Shown here: positions 25,401 to 39,100 of the stretch, piece after piece
Layout of the letters: each line of letters opens with the position of its first letter
Numbering within the stretch: position 1 is the first letter of the stretch
NCBI GenBank assembly: GCA_965235115.1
Contig: OZ249436.1
Location: forward strand, 29,638,001-29,702,000
DNA length: 64,000 nt
Direction: 5' to 3'
Source: Laetmonice hystrix
Taxonomy: Eukaryota
Translations under genes and position numbers: made by a program
The notes under the pieces: model-generated
The model's input: only the letters and a program-made list of their open reading frames with translations
The model's database searches: none
Told to the model about the DNA's origin: nothing

Positions 25401-27399
25401 CGTTTGGCACTTCGACCCAAGCACTGTACGAGTGGCCAGGTCAAGAACGGCCATAAGCAGGTACATAGCTATCGGAGTTAGATCCTCATGTTAACGTTCG
25501 AGGCTGGGGCAAATTAAAAGCGATTCTACTTGGCGCTAGATAACCTTCAATGTGTCTACAAATTGGAGACTGTGCCGTTCAAGAGGCACTGGTTTTATCA
25601 GATTAAAGATCCTCGGTTGGTCGCGATAACAGGCGGAGTGACGAAGGACTGCTCCTTCAAAGTGGCACATGTTCAGAGGGTAGACATACAAAAGCAAACA
25701 CACATTTACTTATGGTACATCTATAAAATAATACAGTATCTATATTTCAGTATAGTTATCAGTATACTGGATTCGGTGTGATGGGAGGGACGGTATGGGA
25801 ATCGCGTAATCCCCATAGTTTCTATAGTGTTTTAATTGCGTTGATTTTTACAAAACCAATGCATAATTTCTGAAACTAACTTTATTATCTCGGCATCCGC
25901 CGTATGTTGAGCTTTTAAAACCATTTCCTAAGATATTGCAATATGACCCCCCCCCCCTAATCCTGACCCTATTTGCGAAAGCTTAATCCGCCCCATGCAG
26001 GATTATCATGCAGGGCCCGGTTTTTCAAAACTTGCGTTGTTGCATGGCGTTGTTGCTTAACCTTCACGCTTCTGATTGGTTGGCCAAAGCCGCCAGCCAA
26101 TCGGAATTCTTAAACATAAGCATAAGCTTCACAAGAAGTTGGTAACTATACATGTATCCCCCCCCCCCCAATATAATTTTAGTCTGACTTTGCCGCCGTT
26201 TCGAGTGTGTAATGTACCAGTGATGGCCAACAGTGTAAGGCCTGCAGGGGCCCGCATCCACACCAGTTCAACACGTCCGCCATGTATAATGCAGCAGTTG
26301 TTGGGAGCAATACAATACTTGTATTTCACGCAATAAGACTATTAATGTCATGTGTGTTCACAGCGACAGTACTGATTGATAAAGTGGCCTTTCTAAATAT
26401 CTTGGCTGGTATGGTGCTTCAAACACCATTCGCGTGGGCCAGTAGATGGAGCAGCCTAGGCCAATATAAACTGCTTTGTTAAACGCAAAGTAACTGCCAT
26501 AGAGGAAGGAGAATGAGTTTGTGTAATTCTGAGTGCAGGCTTTATTTTGTGAACGGACGGTGATACAGGTGGACGAAAGGATTCATCAATGGAGATATAC
26601 GCTGTAGGAACAGTCATTATTCCTGTATTTTATGACTAGTTCTTTCATTGGGTAGGCCTAGATTCATAGAAATAACTGCTCTCAGTAACATAATTCCAAC
26701 TACATGTATAGAAAATCTGCATGACCAAAAATGTGCATGACTGATAATGTTTGAGACGAAAACCTCGTCTCAAGCTCACGGCCCTATGAGTCGATATTTC
26801 TTGTGACCTTTATGATCGAAACCTCTCGACATACAATATACATAAATTCTTTTTTTAAATGTTTACGATAGGTGAAAATAATAGACGTATGCAAACATGA
26901 ATCTATATGGGATCTTAAAACAAATGAATTAACGAAAAACGACACTTCTATTTTCCAAGCAAGTTCGCGGAAACAAATGGATTTTCCGGGCCTTGGTTGG
27001 TCGGTTGGGTCGTTGCTTGTTCGGACTTGATGGTTGCTTGGTTGGTCCTTCAAGGTTGGTCGATACTTAATTGATTTGTTGATTGCTTCATGCGATCGGT
27101 ATTTATAGGCGGGTGCGTAGCAAAGTTTTGTTTGATTGTATATAGTTGGAAACTACTCTGACGATTTTCTTGTAAAATGTAATCTTCCATGATGGGAACC
27201 AACTTTTGTAATATTTGCGTCACATTTAAATTAAAAATCGCGAGGAAAGAAAACTCAACTCGTGGACATGAACTCAGTTGCATTTAGTTAGATTCCTGCA
27301 GTATATGCTTCACATCCAAGGAAGTTAGGGGGGCTAAAACAGTGGCCTTCTTTGGCCGGCCACCAGGGCAGAATGGGTCACGAAGGCTCCCTTCCGGTC

Positions 27400-27412
27400 C
27401 TCTCTCTCTCTG

Positions 27413-27453
<41 letters not shown>

Positions 27454-27500
27454 CTCTCTGTCTCTCTCTCTCCCACTCCCTCTCTCTCTCTCTCTCTCCC

Positions 27501-27531
<31 letters not shown>

Positions 27532-27646
27532 CGTTCTTTCTCTCTCTCTCTATCTTTCTCTCCCACTCCCTCTCTCTCCCCCTCTCTCTCTCCCTCTCTC
27601 TACCTCTTTCTCTGTCTCTCTGTCTCTGTGTGTGTCTCGCTCTCTG

Positions 27647-27694
<48 letters not shown>
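27400..27694. repeat. (CT)n microsatellite
   Basis: Directly visible; it is the source of the spurious ER/LS-repeat ORFs. Confidence 0.97.
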
Positions 27695-27698
<4 letters not shown>

Positions 27699-29049
27699 CC
27701 CAACAGCGATCCTGAATAAATAAACGGTCGGCCGAGAGGCGGCAGCAGCGGCGACCGAGGGTCGACCAATACATAGTTCTATGTCACATATGCACAGGCA
27801 CGGAACGAAGTCATCCCAGCCGTGTGGCTGGGCTGGGATCATGTCGTCCATGGGGCCATTGTGGTCCGACCCGATCCAACTTCTCCCGGGTCCCTGCCTC
27901 ACTCCTGTTAATGCTCGCAGCCGTTCTATTGTTCTCGTTTGCGCCACTACCGGCCCGTTGAACATTAGTATTGGGTAACTTTCTACTTAAACCAGCTGAC
28001 AGGCCTTGCTGCCCACCAAGTTATACATGAAATAATCAATCGATATCTCACAAGTGTATACATTGAAAAGTAATTGATCTGTCCTTCAAGAACATGTTCT
28101 CTATGACTGCTATATTATAGACATCCAGAAGAGCACTCAAAGACATAGAGCAGCTTATATCACCTGTTTTATTATATTATTGTCTGGGAACATCTCCTTC
28201 AATGAGAAAACCCCCCTTATAGAATCTAGACCTTTCATTATGACGTAATTTACGAAAAAAAATACTGTGACCACTTGGCTACAAAAGCGCACTCTCAACG
28301 TAATCTTGAAACCACTACAGGCGGATATTGTTCAGCCCTACCGGTCGGTATAACGTATGTACACGCCATTCACCATGATACACGCCCTCACCATGTACTA
28401 AGTTAATTAAAATAATGTTGAGGGCCGGGCACTGTGTACTCACTCTCGGGAAGTAAACCGACCACAATCCAGCACGACCCCTGGCGGGGACCCCCTGCAG
28501 CCATGATAGACGTGGACAGCGGGATGCGTTCACTAATTAAAATGATTTCAAGGGGCGTGGCATAGTTAACACACGTGCCCCGTTCGGTAATGCCAATTAG
28601 GCAGACGTCGGAAATTAGGGTTACATTGTAGATGGAATATATGCCGAGTAACGGTCGGAAAGGACCGGTAAGAGGGCTGTGCCCGTATCCAGAGAGTGTT
28701 AATCTGGTTGGTGTGTCTTTTATCTTTTGGGATAAGATTATTGTTAAGATTAAGCTTGGCAGTTTGAGGGGCCAGAAGATTTCTTCTTGCAGAGATGGGA
28801 CTCAAAGATAGAGGCCTAATTAAAAAAATGTGGGAGAACCACGGGATAACACACGTTTTGCGTTCAATCATGCTAGACCCAATAGAGCGATCGTACATGT
28901 ATACTGTATTCGGTATACGGATATGTAAACTGAATGCTAAGTGAGTCTCAAATTGATTATCACTCTAATCAAGTTAGTAGTGAAATGAAAAAAGGGATAA
29001 AAGTAGGGTTCGTCCACTCACAGTTAAACAAAAGATTACATCTTCCACA

Positions 29050-29230
29050 TCTCTCCACTGTCTGTCCCTCCCTCTCTCTCCCTCTCCCTGTCTGTCTGTC
29101 TCTCCCTCTCTCTACCTCTGTCTGTCTGTCTGTCTCCCTCTCTCTCCTTCTCTCTACCTCTATCTGTCTGTCTCTCTTTCTACCTCTCTCTCTCTCTCTC
29201 TCTCGCTTTCTTTCTTTCTCTCTCTGTCTA
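29050..29230. repeat. Degenerate (CT)n/(CTGT)n microsatellite
   Basis: Directly visible. Confidence 0.9.
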
Positions 29231-32200
29231 CTCAAGTCCTGTCTACGTCTGTGAAAGCTTTCATTGCCGTCAATTCCAATAAGATCTTTGTGGGATAATT
29301 GCAACTTTTGTGCCTGGCTACTTTATTGGCCTATTCCGTTTATTTCCTTCCAATGGATGTTAAAATTAGCGTGGTGCCCACATGCACCAAAAGAAACAGT
29401 ACCTCTACATGTTGTACTTTATGGGACCAACGCTCGTCAACGGCGTCTAGCCGTGAACCACGTAGAGCCCGAAATGCCGCGGCGCCCTGGCCCCGATACC
29501 CCCCTCCTCTCCCTCAACAAGAACGTGCACCAGGTTATATAGGAAACAGACAGAGCACGGCAGTATACTATTTGGATAGGCTCTGGTGACGCTCGCGGCT
29601 TGTTTTCATCGGGACGGGGCAGGCAAAGCGCTGTATAGGTCGCCGAGACAGCTCGGGCAAGGAGGAGGGAAACAGTTCACGCCGACCGCCTTTCGGCTTG
29701 GGACGTGTTGGGGATGGACAAAGGTAGGGGTGAGAGTTAGGGGTTCCTCCAACTGCCGTCAAAATACGGTTCCTGCAATCACCATTGAGTATTTATCGTT
29801 CAGGACGGTAGATTAGACCTATCGTGAATAAAAAATACCTTCAGCCCCTTCTGGAAAATGTGTGTTTTTTCATCTTCTACGCCCCCCTCCTTTTTTACGA
29901 AATTCCCCTAGCCATAGTTCATAAAGTTCGCAGAGGATAAATTGAGAATGCACACATGTTGATCGTAATTCACCACCAGTGACAGCGTGTAGTACAGTGT
30001 ACGACACAAGTCTAGGCGTACTTAAACGATCGTTACATCGATTTTCAATTAGTCGGCGTTGCGATATCATCTCGTTACGCCACGCTGGCCACGTGATCGA
30101 TGCGCGCGTCCGGACGTTGCGATGTAAAACGTGACGTTTCACTGCCCATACAGCAGCGTCTCACGTCAACAAGACTTTACTATAAACGGCAACAGTTCGT
30201 TGGGACTAATCGTAAGGGGATATGGGGGTGTTATATGCCCCCCCCCCCCCACGGACCTGAAGAACCTCACTTTGGATTACTGAAATGGTTCTCAATGGGA
30301 CGTCTAACAAACGTTGAGATACGATAGCCATAATTATATTATAATTTGGCCTATGTGTTACGAAGACATAGGCCTAGACTGGTCTATCTGTGGACTAATT
30401 AGTCGTCATTTAGGGATGTAGCCATTGTGGGAAGCCTGCGCCAGGTCCTCCCTGCTTTGAAAGGTTGATTACCATAGACTGCATTTAAAAAATACTGATT
30501 CATCCATGATTCGGCCCCGACAAGCAAAACAGGGTGTGCCAGCACTGTTCCGACCTAAAACGTTCCCATGGGCCCCGACTGGCCATCCGTAGACCTATAT
30601 AGCTAGTGACCCGCAGGGCATATTTCCATAATTTTAAAACGGTAATTACAGCAAGTTAAAAAGACATTTTTCAAAGGTTTCTGGGTTGACTGCCTACTTT
30701 CTTCCGCCCCTCTCCAGCTGACTGGTCAAACAAGAGCTTGGAAACAAAACATCCTGGTGCCCCGATCTTCAGATACGCCCAACAGCTTAGAGAGCTATCA
30801 TAGAAGCGAGCCAGGAAGGAACTCTATATAGGCTAGTGAATGGTATACAAAAACCAAAGACTACATGAAAAAGAAAAGAACCCCTGTTGCAAAAACACAC
30901 CACCTCCACACCTCCCGATTGACCAGCGGGACCTCCACATCTTTGAGATCCGAGGATGGAGCAGTACCTGGATCACCTTGGCGTCCTACAGAACCATTCC
31001 CAGTTAACATTGTGCAGTTGGTGGTGTAATTTGTCAGAGAGGGGAGCGAGGTCAGAGGAAGGATACGGCCCAACAGGTGGAGCCAGCCGGCAGTCAGCTG
31101 GACCCCCCCCTTCCTCCCCCCAACACCGACCAGGACGAGTATATCACCGGTCGTGGGGGCGACAATCACAACACAACCAGTTGGGCCATCCATCGCCAAC
31201 CGACCGACCCACACAGCTGGCCCGTCGTGTCACTATACATCTCCTTCTTTCTCCAACCACAGACGGTTTCAAGAATTGAAGGGGGATCAAGTTCAACGCT
31301 TCAAACGGCATATAACAGTAAAAGTGGTGCTTCCGTCGACCAGGCATTATTGGCATGTGTTTTTGTCCGGCGGGTTGTGGGGTAATATACCTGCGGGCGT
31401 TGTCTTGGAAGATGAATACATGGATGACACACACTGGCCTCACAAGTGTTGGCTAGCGTACGTACGCACTCAGTTACCGGTGACTAGGTAAAGTGATTGT
31501 GAAGTGCGCCTAACGAGTTCACAATTAGCCGCCACTACTAGTCAAAACAAGGCATATTTCCTCCCCGAGAAGGACCAGAACTGGTGCCGATGATAGACGG
31601 CAAGTTACGGATAACCTGACTGCACGCCTGCGGTCCCTCTACCACTTCAAATAGGGCTATTTTGATGCGATGATGGTTAGAGGTAAAGGGATGCGGTCCA
31701 AGTGAAAAAAAAAGAACGTGTAATCAACGTTTTATTACGTTATAATGCATGGCTAAAACGTTTATATAACGTATTCGGTGAGCCGGATCCGGGTGAGAGC
31801 ACACTTTTGTTTTACACCTTATTGCCTGCCCAGGGAACGTTTGAGCCGACCTTTTGATCGAATATCCGCCAACGATTACTGCCATGGGGGTCCATGTCTC
31901 GTCCAGCCGAACTCAGTAAACGAGAAAGTATGGAAATGCGAGGAAATGGGCGCGATGGTTTGAGGCATACTGACATGACTTCATAACTGTATGCCAATAT
32001 GGTTGCAGAGCGCAACATATGACTGTGCTCGCTTCGACGGCAGTTTTAATCAGTGTCTATCATGCTTTGGGACTGTGCACACATTACGTATGCACAGACT
32101 GGGAGTGAGTGAAACTACACACGCTATCAGTACACAGGTGGGTGGGGAACTCAAGCCGTGCGTACGTTCAGTTCACAGGTGTAAATATGCAGTTGCCGAC

Positions 32201-34438
32201 TGATTAACTCTGCCTTTACTATACATAATTGATATAATGAAAAAATAAGGTAATTAGGCTACAGTATTAACTGTAAATTATGACCCACACGGGTTGCAGT
32301 TCATACTCAGCAAAAATTATCTCTATTTCTTTCTCTCAAAATCTGCTCGTACACAAACTGGAATGTGAGCACAACTATACAGTGAGCATATAAGAGGAAT
32401 ATGACATATGGACACAGTTTTTCATAAAAATGAACATAAGTCGGTCTCTATATTTGGAGATTTTGCTGGCCTCCAACGGATATTGAAAGAAGGGAATAGG
32501 CATGTATGAACGGTCAGTATTGTTTTAGCACAGTTGGGATAGCAAATTATATTTGGAGCATCCACCACGTGCTCACACCCTTGGTTCTGATACGGTTCGG
32601 ACGAAAGTACTCGCCGCTAGGGGGCACCACCCATCGAGCGTTGAAAAATAGAGACCACCTAGCGGAAAACTCTTTACTTGCATCATCGACGCCACCTGTC
32701 GTCTTATAAAAGAGACAATTTCCAAGCTTCTTTTGGACAGAGACGATGCCGCCCTCAACCATTTATTGCTGTTCACATACCATACAAAGTTTCCCTGTTT
32801 CAGTTGTTCTTCTGGGTTTTTTTTCTTATCGCCCATTATTTCCATGGAATGTCAAACAATGACATTTACACCAGTTTCATGTTTGATTAGGTACACTTCT
32901 TTCTGAATATCACATTCATATCACATTTACTATAACTAACAAGTATGTACAAGAGCAGTACGGTAACTTAAAACTCAGGAAATTTGGTCAGAAGTAAAGA
33001 TCCCTAACCCTGACCTTATCCTTAACCCCTAATCCCGGTCCTTGCACATCCCAAAAAACATATCCCTATCCCTATCTCTGACCTTAACCTGAACCCCTAC
33101 CCAAAACTTTTGTCTGGAAGTTACCACGGGGAAATAACCCATTCCCCTCTATTGCACATTGTGATTGTACGCTGTGAACACAACAGGCACAGTCATACTG
33201 ATCAGCAATGAATACACTGCAGTAAATTAATACACAGACAGAAAACACAGACAGATTGGGAATTTTACCATTCGGTTTCTCCTGAAGTTTGTTCTCAACT
33301 GGACACACATTAATATACAGACTGGACATTTGACCACTTAAGATTTCTCTCAACTCGACTTAGTTCTAACTTTCACCCGCACATTACAATCCACACAGCT
33401 AGTTGAGGCGTACACACATACAGTCCCATTTTACCGTCTCTTCATATCACGAATGTCCCTAGAAATGAACCCACTGAGAAGTTTTATTTACTTATTACAG
33501 AGTGTGCAACCTATCGACGTTCTCAAATCGGGATTTAATGATGGGGAAATCTTTGAAATCTGGCGGCCCTGAAACACCATTCGGATCCAGCACTCTCAGA
33601 CGAAAATTTCTGTCAAAAAAACTTGGTAAATTAATCGTCATTTTACATGATACCTAAAGTCTAATGAGAATTTGACAAGAAATTCTTTCTGGGCCCTTTG
33701 CCCGTGGTAGCATATCTTCAGAATCGGCACTTTTCCTATCACGACCGAGGCTGCATCGGGATTCGGGATTTTCAAGCAAAATTGCGATAATCCCGACGGA
33801 ATCAGGTTGGACACTCGGTTATTACCCAAATTTGCAATACAACCCTCTTTCTTCTATCTGCTATATAAATACTGACGCATCAATTTATTGACCTCAACCA
33901 ATTCCGATATGAGAAATGAACCCCCAATTATAGGCATATATTGGATCTTTTGTTGAAATTCTTATAAACCTAAAAGCCATTATACCAGCATAATGCACCA
34001 GCATAATGCACCCCCGCACAAATCCATCACGATATGTATTTCCACCCGGTTAATATAAATAACACACCGTTGGATATATCCCTGTTCTATCAACATCTGT
34101 CACAGCGATAGTGTTCCTCAACAGCACGTCTCAACCGTCTGAAAACTCAACTGTTCCTGGGTCAAGTTTGTAAAAGTTCTTACATCAGCATACGCTTCAC
34201 ACTCTTGTGTCCGTATTTTTAGACTTAAGTCCTTGCTTAAGTTGAACAGCTTAACAAATCTGATTGGCTGGTCTACTTAGATCAACCAATCAGTTTGTTT
34301 TAAGTTTTGAAGAGCTCAGCAATGATAACATCTCAGCTGACTTTGTCTACCCACAGCCAAGTAAAAATGTTATACCATCGACTGCCTTCTGTCCAGCCTC
34401 CGTATCAAACATATCGTACCCGATCAGTGATCATCTCA

Positions 34439-36101
34439 TCACTTCCTATCGCCTGTCTTCAATCCTTTCTCCGATACCTGCTCGATCAATTTGGTACCAT
34501 TCACAAGATTGGTCGTCGCGATGATGAACTTATAGCCTGTAGAATAGACGAAAAGTGACCTGTTAGATTAGATGTACCATTTAAATCATCTAATTATCCA
34601 GTCATGGCGAGCCCCGTTAATAAGTGCAGGCCGTTACTGCCCCTTCGAAAAATATTTACTTCCACCAACTTTCCCTTTTTTTTCTTCAAAATGCCTACCC
34701 CTACGCTACCCCTAACTCTTGCCGACAAGGTGAACTCCTGCAACGATACCCTGCATGGTGTGTACAAACCCCGGAGTCGGCCGAGAAATCGTAGTGCTGT
34801 GATCTCAGAGTAGGTACATCCACCCAGGAAGAAGACAAGGACGATCTTGGAGGACTTCCGGTCACCAGATCCTGAGGCTCGACCTACACCACAGACGTAT
34901 GGCAACCATTGATTGACCATTTTCGGCGTACAGTTATAGCATTTTATTATCAAAGCCAAAATTTCAAAAGATGATGACAAAATTTGTACCCAAGATAGTA
35001 GAATGTATTTTTTAGGCAAAAGCCATCAGGACTGGTCACAGTTTCTATAAATTAAGACTTAAAACGCTGAAGCAACTATCGGTGAGTTTTTACATTTTTA
35101 AAATTTTGTTTGAACTTTCACTGTGACTTAATATTATAATTCTGCACTTTACAGTCCTTCATTTACAGATCAATATGACTCTTTTACCAGAGAACGAGAA
35201 CAAACATTATCCTTCTCTTAACTTTGTCTTTATATTACCTTATTACAAAAGCGTTTGGTAATTAAGTATTTATGAAAAACGTATAAAAAAGGAAAGAGCA
35301 CTGCTTATAAGATATCTGACAGAAAATACCAGAAAAACAACAACAAACCACAAACAAACTTAGATATAATATAAAAGTGTTATTGTGTACTCTTAGTGTA
35401 AAGGTTTTTATATGCATACTGACCAATCTGACAGTACTCTAACTTTTCATCACATGACCTAATGTACAAACCTGCTGTTTTCAGATACATGTACATTCAA
35501 TTCTGCCGGTATGTGATATACCGGCTCATTCCGTCCCAACCTAGACTTTTTACCTATTGTAAATCTCTTGAACATTCATCAACAGGTTTCGGAGGTGAAA
35601 GCAAATTGTTATTTTCCATATGATTTCCTACGATTGCAGATCATAATCCATATCTTAAGCAAATCGCAAGCAAATGATCAGTGGATCATGATGTCCATCC
35701 GCACTGGGGCATGGTTAGTACACTGTGCATGTTATGTTCGTACAGCGAGGGTTTGCAGTCATTAGACCTCCTATAGTACTCTAGGAGTATAATATCCTGT
35801 AGTCCTATGTTAGTATAATAGTCAATAATGCACCAAAATACCTGTTATATGTTACTGACTGCATGCGTTCACTGACCTTCACTAATGAAAGCGATCACTG
35901 AAGCAAGATTTTTACCGCTATTTCTCCAACAAGCCACAGTTAATTTAGATCATGTGCTTTGCTTATCCACAATTAGTTTTTTTTTAAATCTACGGAATGC
36001 GTCTAGCGTACTAGATACTAAGTGACCCGTCTTACCACTGCTTGGTCTTTTCGTGTCTGAGCCTTCCATAAGATATTAAAACACATGTTACTACTTAAGT
36101 T

Positions 36102-36155
<54 letters not shown>

Positions 36156-39100
36156 ATAAATTTCATCCCCAAACACCAGTCAATGATAGTGTACAGCTCA
36201 TTCCTATTATAACATTCAAGCCCCAGAAAAGCTTATAGACTTTATACCAAAAGAAAATCATTTGTGAAGAAAACGGCAAATCAGCATGAAAACTCGTCTA
36301 GGACGTTTGGCTTTTTGTGTGGATATTGGCGACACGTGAAATATACATAACAATTCTCTTTCCGAAAATACAATATTACGGTGTTGTGTACACTTTACGT
36401 AAACGATATGTTCAGACAAATCAAGGGAAACCTTTCAAAATATAAAATGTAACATTTTCCCCTGAAGATGCGAGTAGAAAGCCTACATTTATCAAGTGAG
36501 GAGTGTTTGAAGGCTGAGAATTTAAAACGTCATTCTTTGATATCGACAAAACATTTCTGCTCACCCTTCATTGACTTGGCACGGATCTTTGTAAAATTTT
36601 CACCAGGTAGATTACGAACAACATCCTCAAGGCCCACAAAACTTTCCTTTGCCAAAACCTACAACAAAAGTTCTAATTAACATTCGGTACAGGACCGGTA
36701 GCACTAGTCCTGAGGGGAATGAACCCAGGGTCCCGATTTACTAACTAGTCAGTCGGTAATAACGACGTCGTTAATTTAACATAGAAGTGAATGGGGTACT
36801 AGGTCGTTGTTTTCTACCTAGCAACCCATTCACGATTCTTTAGTAAAAATGAACATTACAAAAATAAATCCCGGACTGCTTTTTACGCTTCTATACATGA
36901 CAAATATTAAATTTTCAATTAGTTGAAGATACACTAGCAGATTCAAGGTAACGAATTTGTCGATAAATTTGCCAGTAAAACCAGTACGTTTACGGCTTAC
37001 CTGTTCTATTAGTTTACACAACAGCGGAGTGTAAGCACCACTGTAAACGTACGACATGTCGGTAGGTAACTTCAAGTTAATGTCCTCAGCTGACTTGGGA
37101 ATCTGAAAAAAAAGACAACCCACCCATTTCAATTTTTATCATCAACGACATAATAATCGCCTCGTATTGACGAACTGGTCCCCTAAGTGAACTTTACCTC
37201 TGGATACAAGTGCCCAGAAAATGTCAGTCAATCCCTACAAATTCTCGTCTCCGTATTATATCCTAAAGCCCATGTTCCACTAAGCCGATTTACATCCGAA
37301 CGGCCATCCGATTTTCTTAACTTCTGAAATTATTGGTTATTTGTGTCATGAAATCATTAAAGGACATTAGATTAGATATATATTTTTCGTAGGCCGGAAA
37401 TATCAGATACATTTTATCGTCAATCGGATGGCCGATCGGATGTAAATCGGCTTAGTGGAATCCAGCCTTAAGGCTCGCCCCATTTCCCAATCGTACTTGT
37501 TATATTTGATCCCTGCCCCGTTATATTTCAACCCAAGCCCCACACCATTGCGCATCTAGTCCAGCAGTCTGGACACAAAGATCTCAGGTCGTTATCGTAC
37601 CAGGCTGAGTTTCTTGGACACGGCCCTGAAGGCGCTGGTCCTCTGCAGGCTGGTGGTGATGGCGGCCACCTTACCGAGAGGTTTGGAGGATGGCGCCACC
37701 TCGCGTTCCTCCAGTAAACCAAGTTGTTTCAGGTTGTGGAACGTAAGTAGGTACTCAAACCCGTGGCTCTGCAGCAACGCAATCATCACAACACTGGCAT
37801 AAGTTTAGGAAAAGGAGTTATTTATTTATTTAATTTTACTTGTCGCCCGTCACAACAAAGGCAAAGTCCAAGTAACATTCTTGAAAAACCCTGCAATGAA
37901 TCATGACATTGGCTTGCGTATACCATTACTGATAGTCATAATGTTATAATCACCCACACATCTCATTATCATCTCACTCTTCGATCATACCTATGTAATA
38001 GATAGTATCGAGGATAAGGTATTCGGGAAACGCGTGACTATTGTAGGAGGTTTACCAGGAAACAGGCTTATAGCCTTGTGTATATCTTCTTCAATAAAGA
38101 TCATTTTGTTTAAAAAAAAATAAAAAAAATGTATTCAGTGGCGCGGTTTTCTCACCTGTAGGAACTGAGTTTTCAAGTACTTGTAGTTGTCAGGTGAGAG
38201 CCCGTCTTTGGTTCGAGATAACAAACACATCAATCTCAACGTCGTGTTTGGATTTACCTACAATAAGTTACAAACATTTTCTTCTACAATCTGGTTCCAT
38301 TTGTTTTATGAAAAAACGACAGCACTGCACTGATCTACCACGTAATAACCAGTTCCCCACCACCATCACATGGCCCATACAGGGGCGGATCCAGTTAAAA
38401 GGGGTTATCTAGAGCAAGGGGCTCCCATGTATTCACATGCACGGGGCAAACAGGCAGGGGGGGGCTGACGGGTTACATTCACATTGGATCTTGCTAGGGG
38501 CATGGGGGTGTGGACTCTAGACCTTCCCCCTGGATCCGCGCATGCAACCTCTACTAGAGCAGTGCACGGAGCGGAGTACGACATAATTATTACCGACAGG
38601 TGGCAGTACTGTGTCATCCCCTCCAACCTTTTTCTCCGCGTTTTCGCAGACGGAAACCAGTTTAAGAAATCTCCCCCTCATTATTATAGGATCTATCTCT
38701 ATTGCTAACATAAAACATCTGCTGAAACTGATCTCCAAAGTATTAGGTATACAAACCAATAACTACATGTCACTTTAGTAAACAAGGTTAGGACTTTCTA
38801 TTATGGGAGTCGGGAGATATTGGCCTATACAAAATGTGATAGACTTGATGTAGACTACGGCTTACGGAGGTAACTACAACTGGCTCTGGTCTAGAGACTT
38901 GTCCAAAATCTCAAGTCTCCCTAGGATAACGTCAAGTAACAAACCACAGCTCGCAGTTATTGAGGTCATATCATGCATTACATAGGCGTAGGAAGCTCTT
39001 TTTGGTTGGGGGGGGGGGGGGCTGAAGGTTGTGGGGGATAATTCCTGGCCACCGAGGCGGGCCGTAGGGGGGGGGGGGGTCTGGGGGTCCTCCCCCAGAA

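Noticed and set aside
27284..27965. ER/LS-repeat ORFs (also 28934-29304 and 58494-58952)
   Set aside because: They are translations of CT/GA microsatellites.
30900..31500. Overlapping 100-aa ORFs with coding-like composition
   Set aside because: No recognisable domain or consistent exon chain; at most decayed element sequence.
36104..36154. Poly-T followed by a poly-G run
   Set aside because: Simple homopolymers of unreliable length; no function can be supported.
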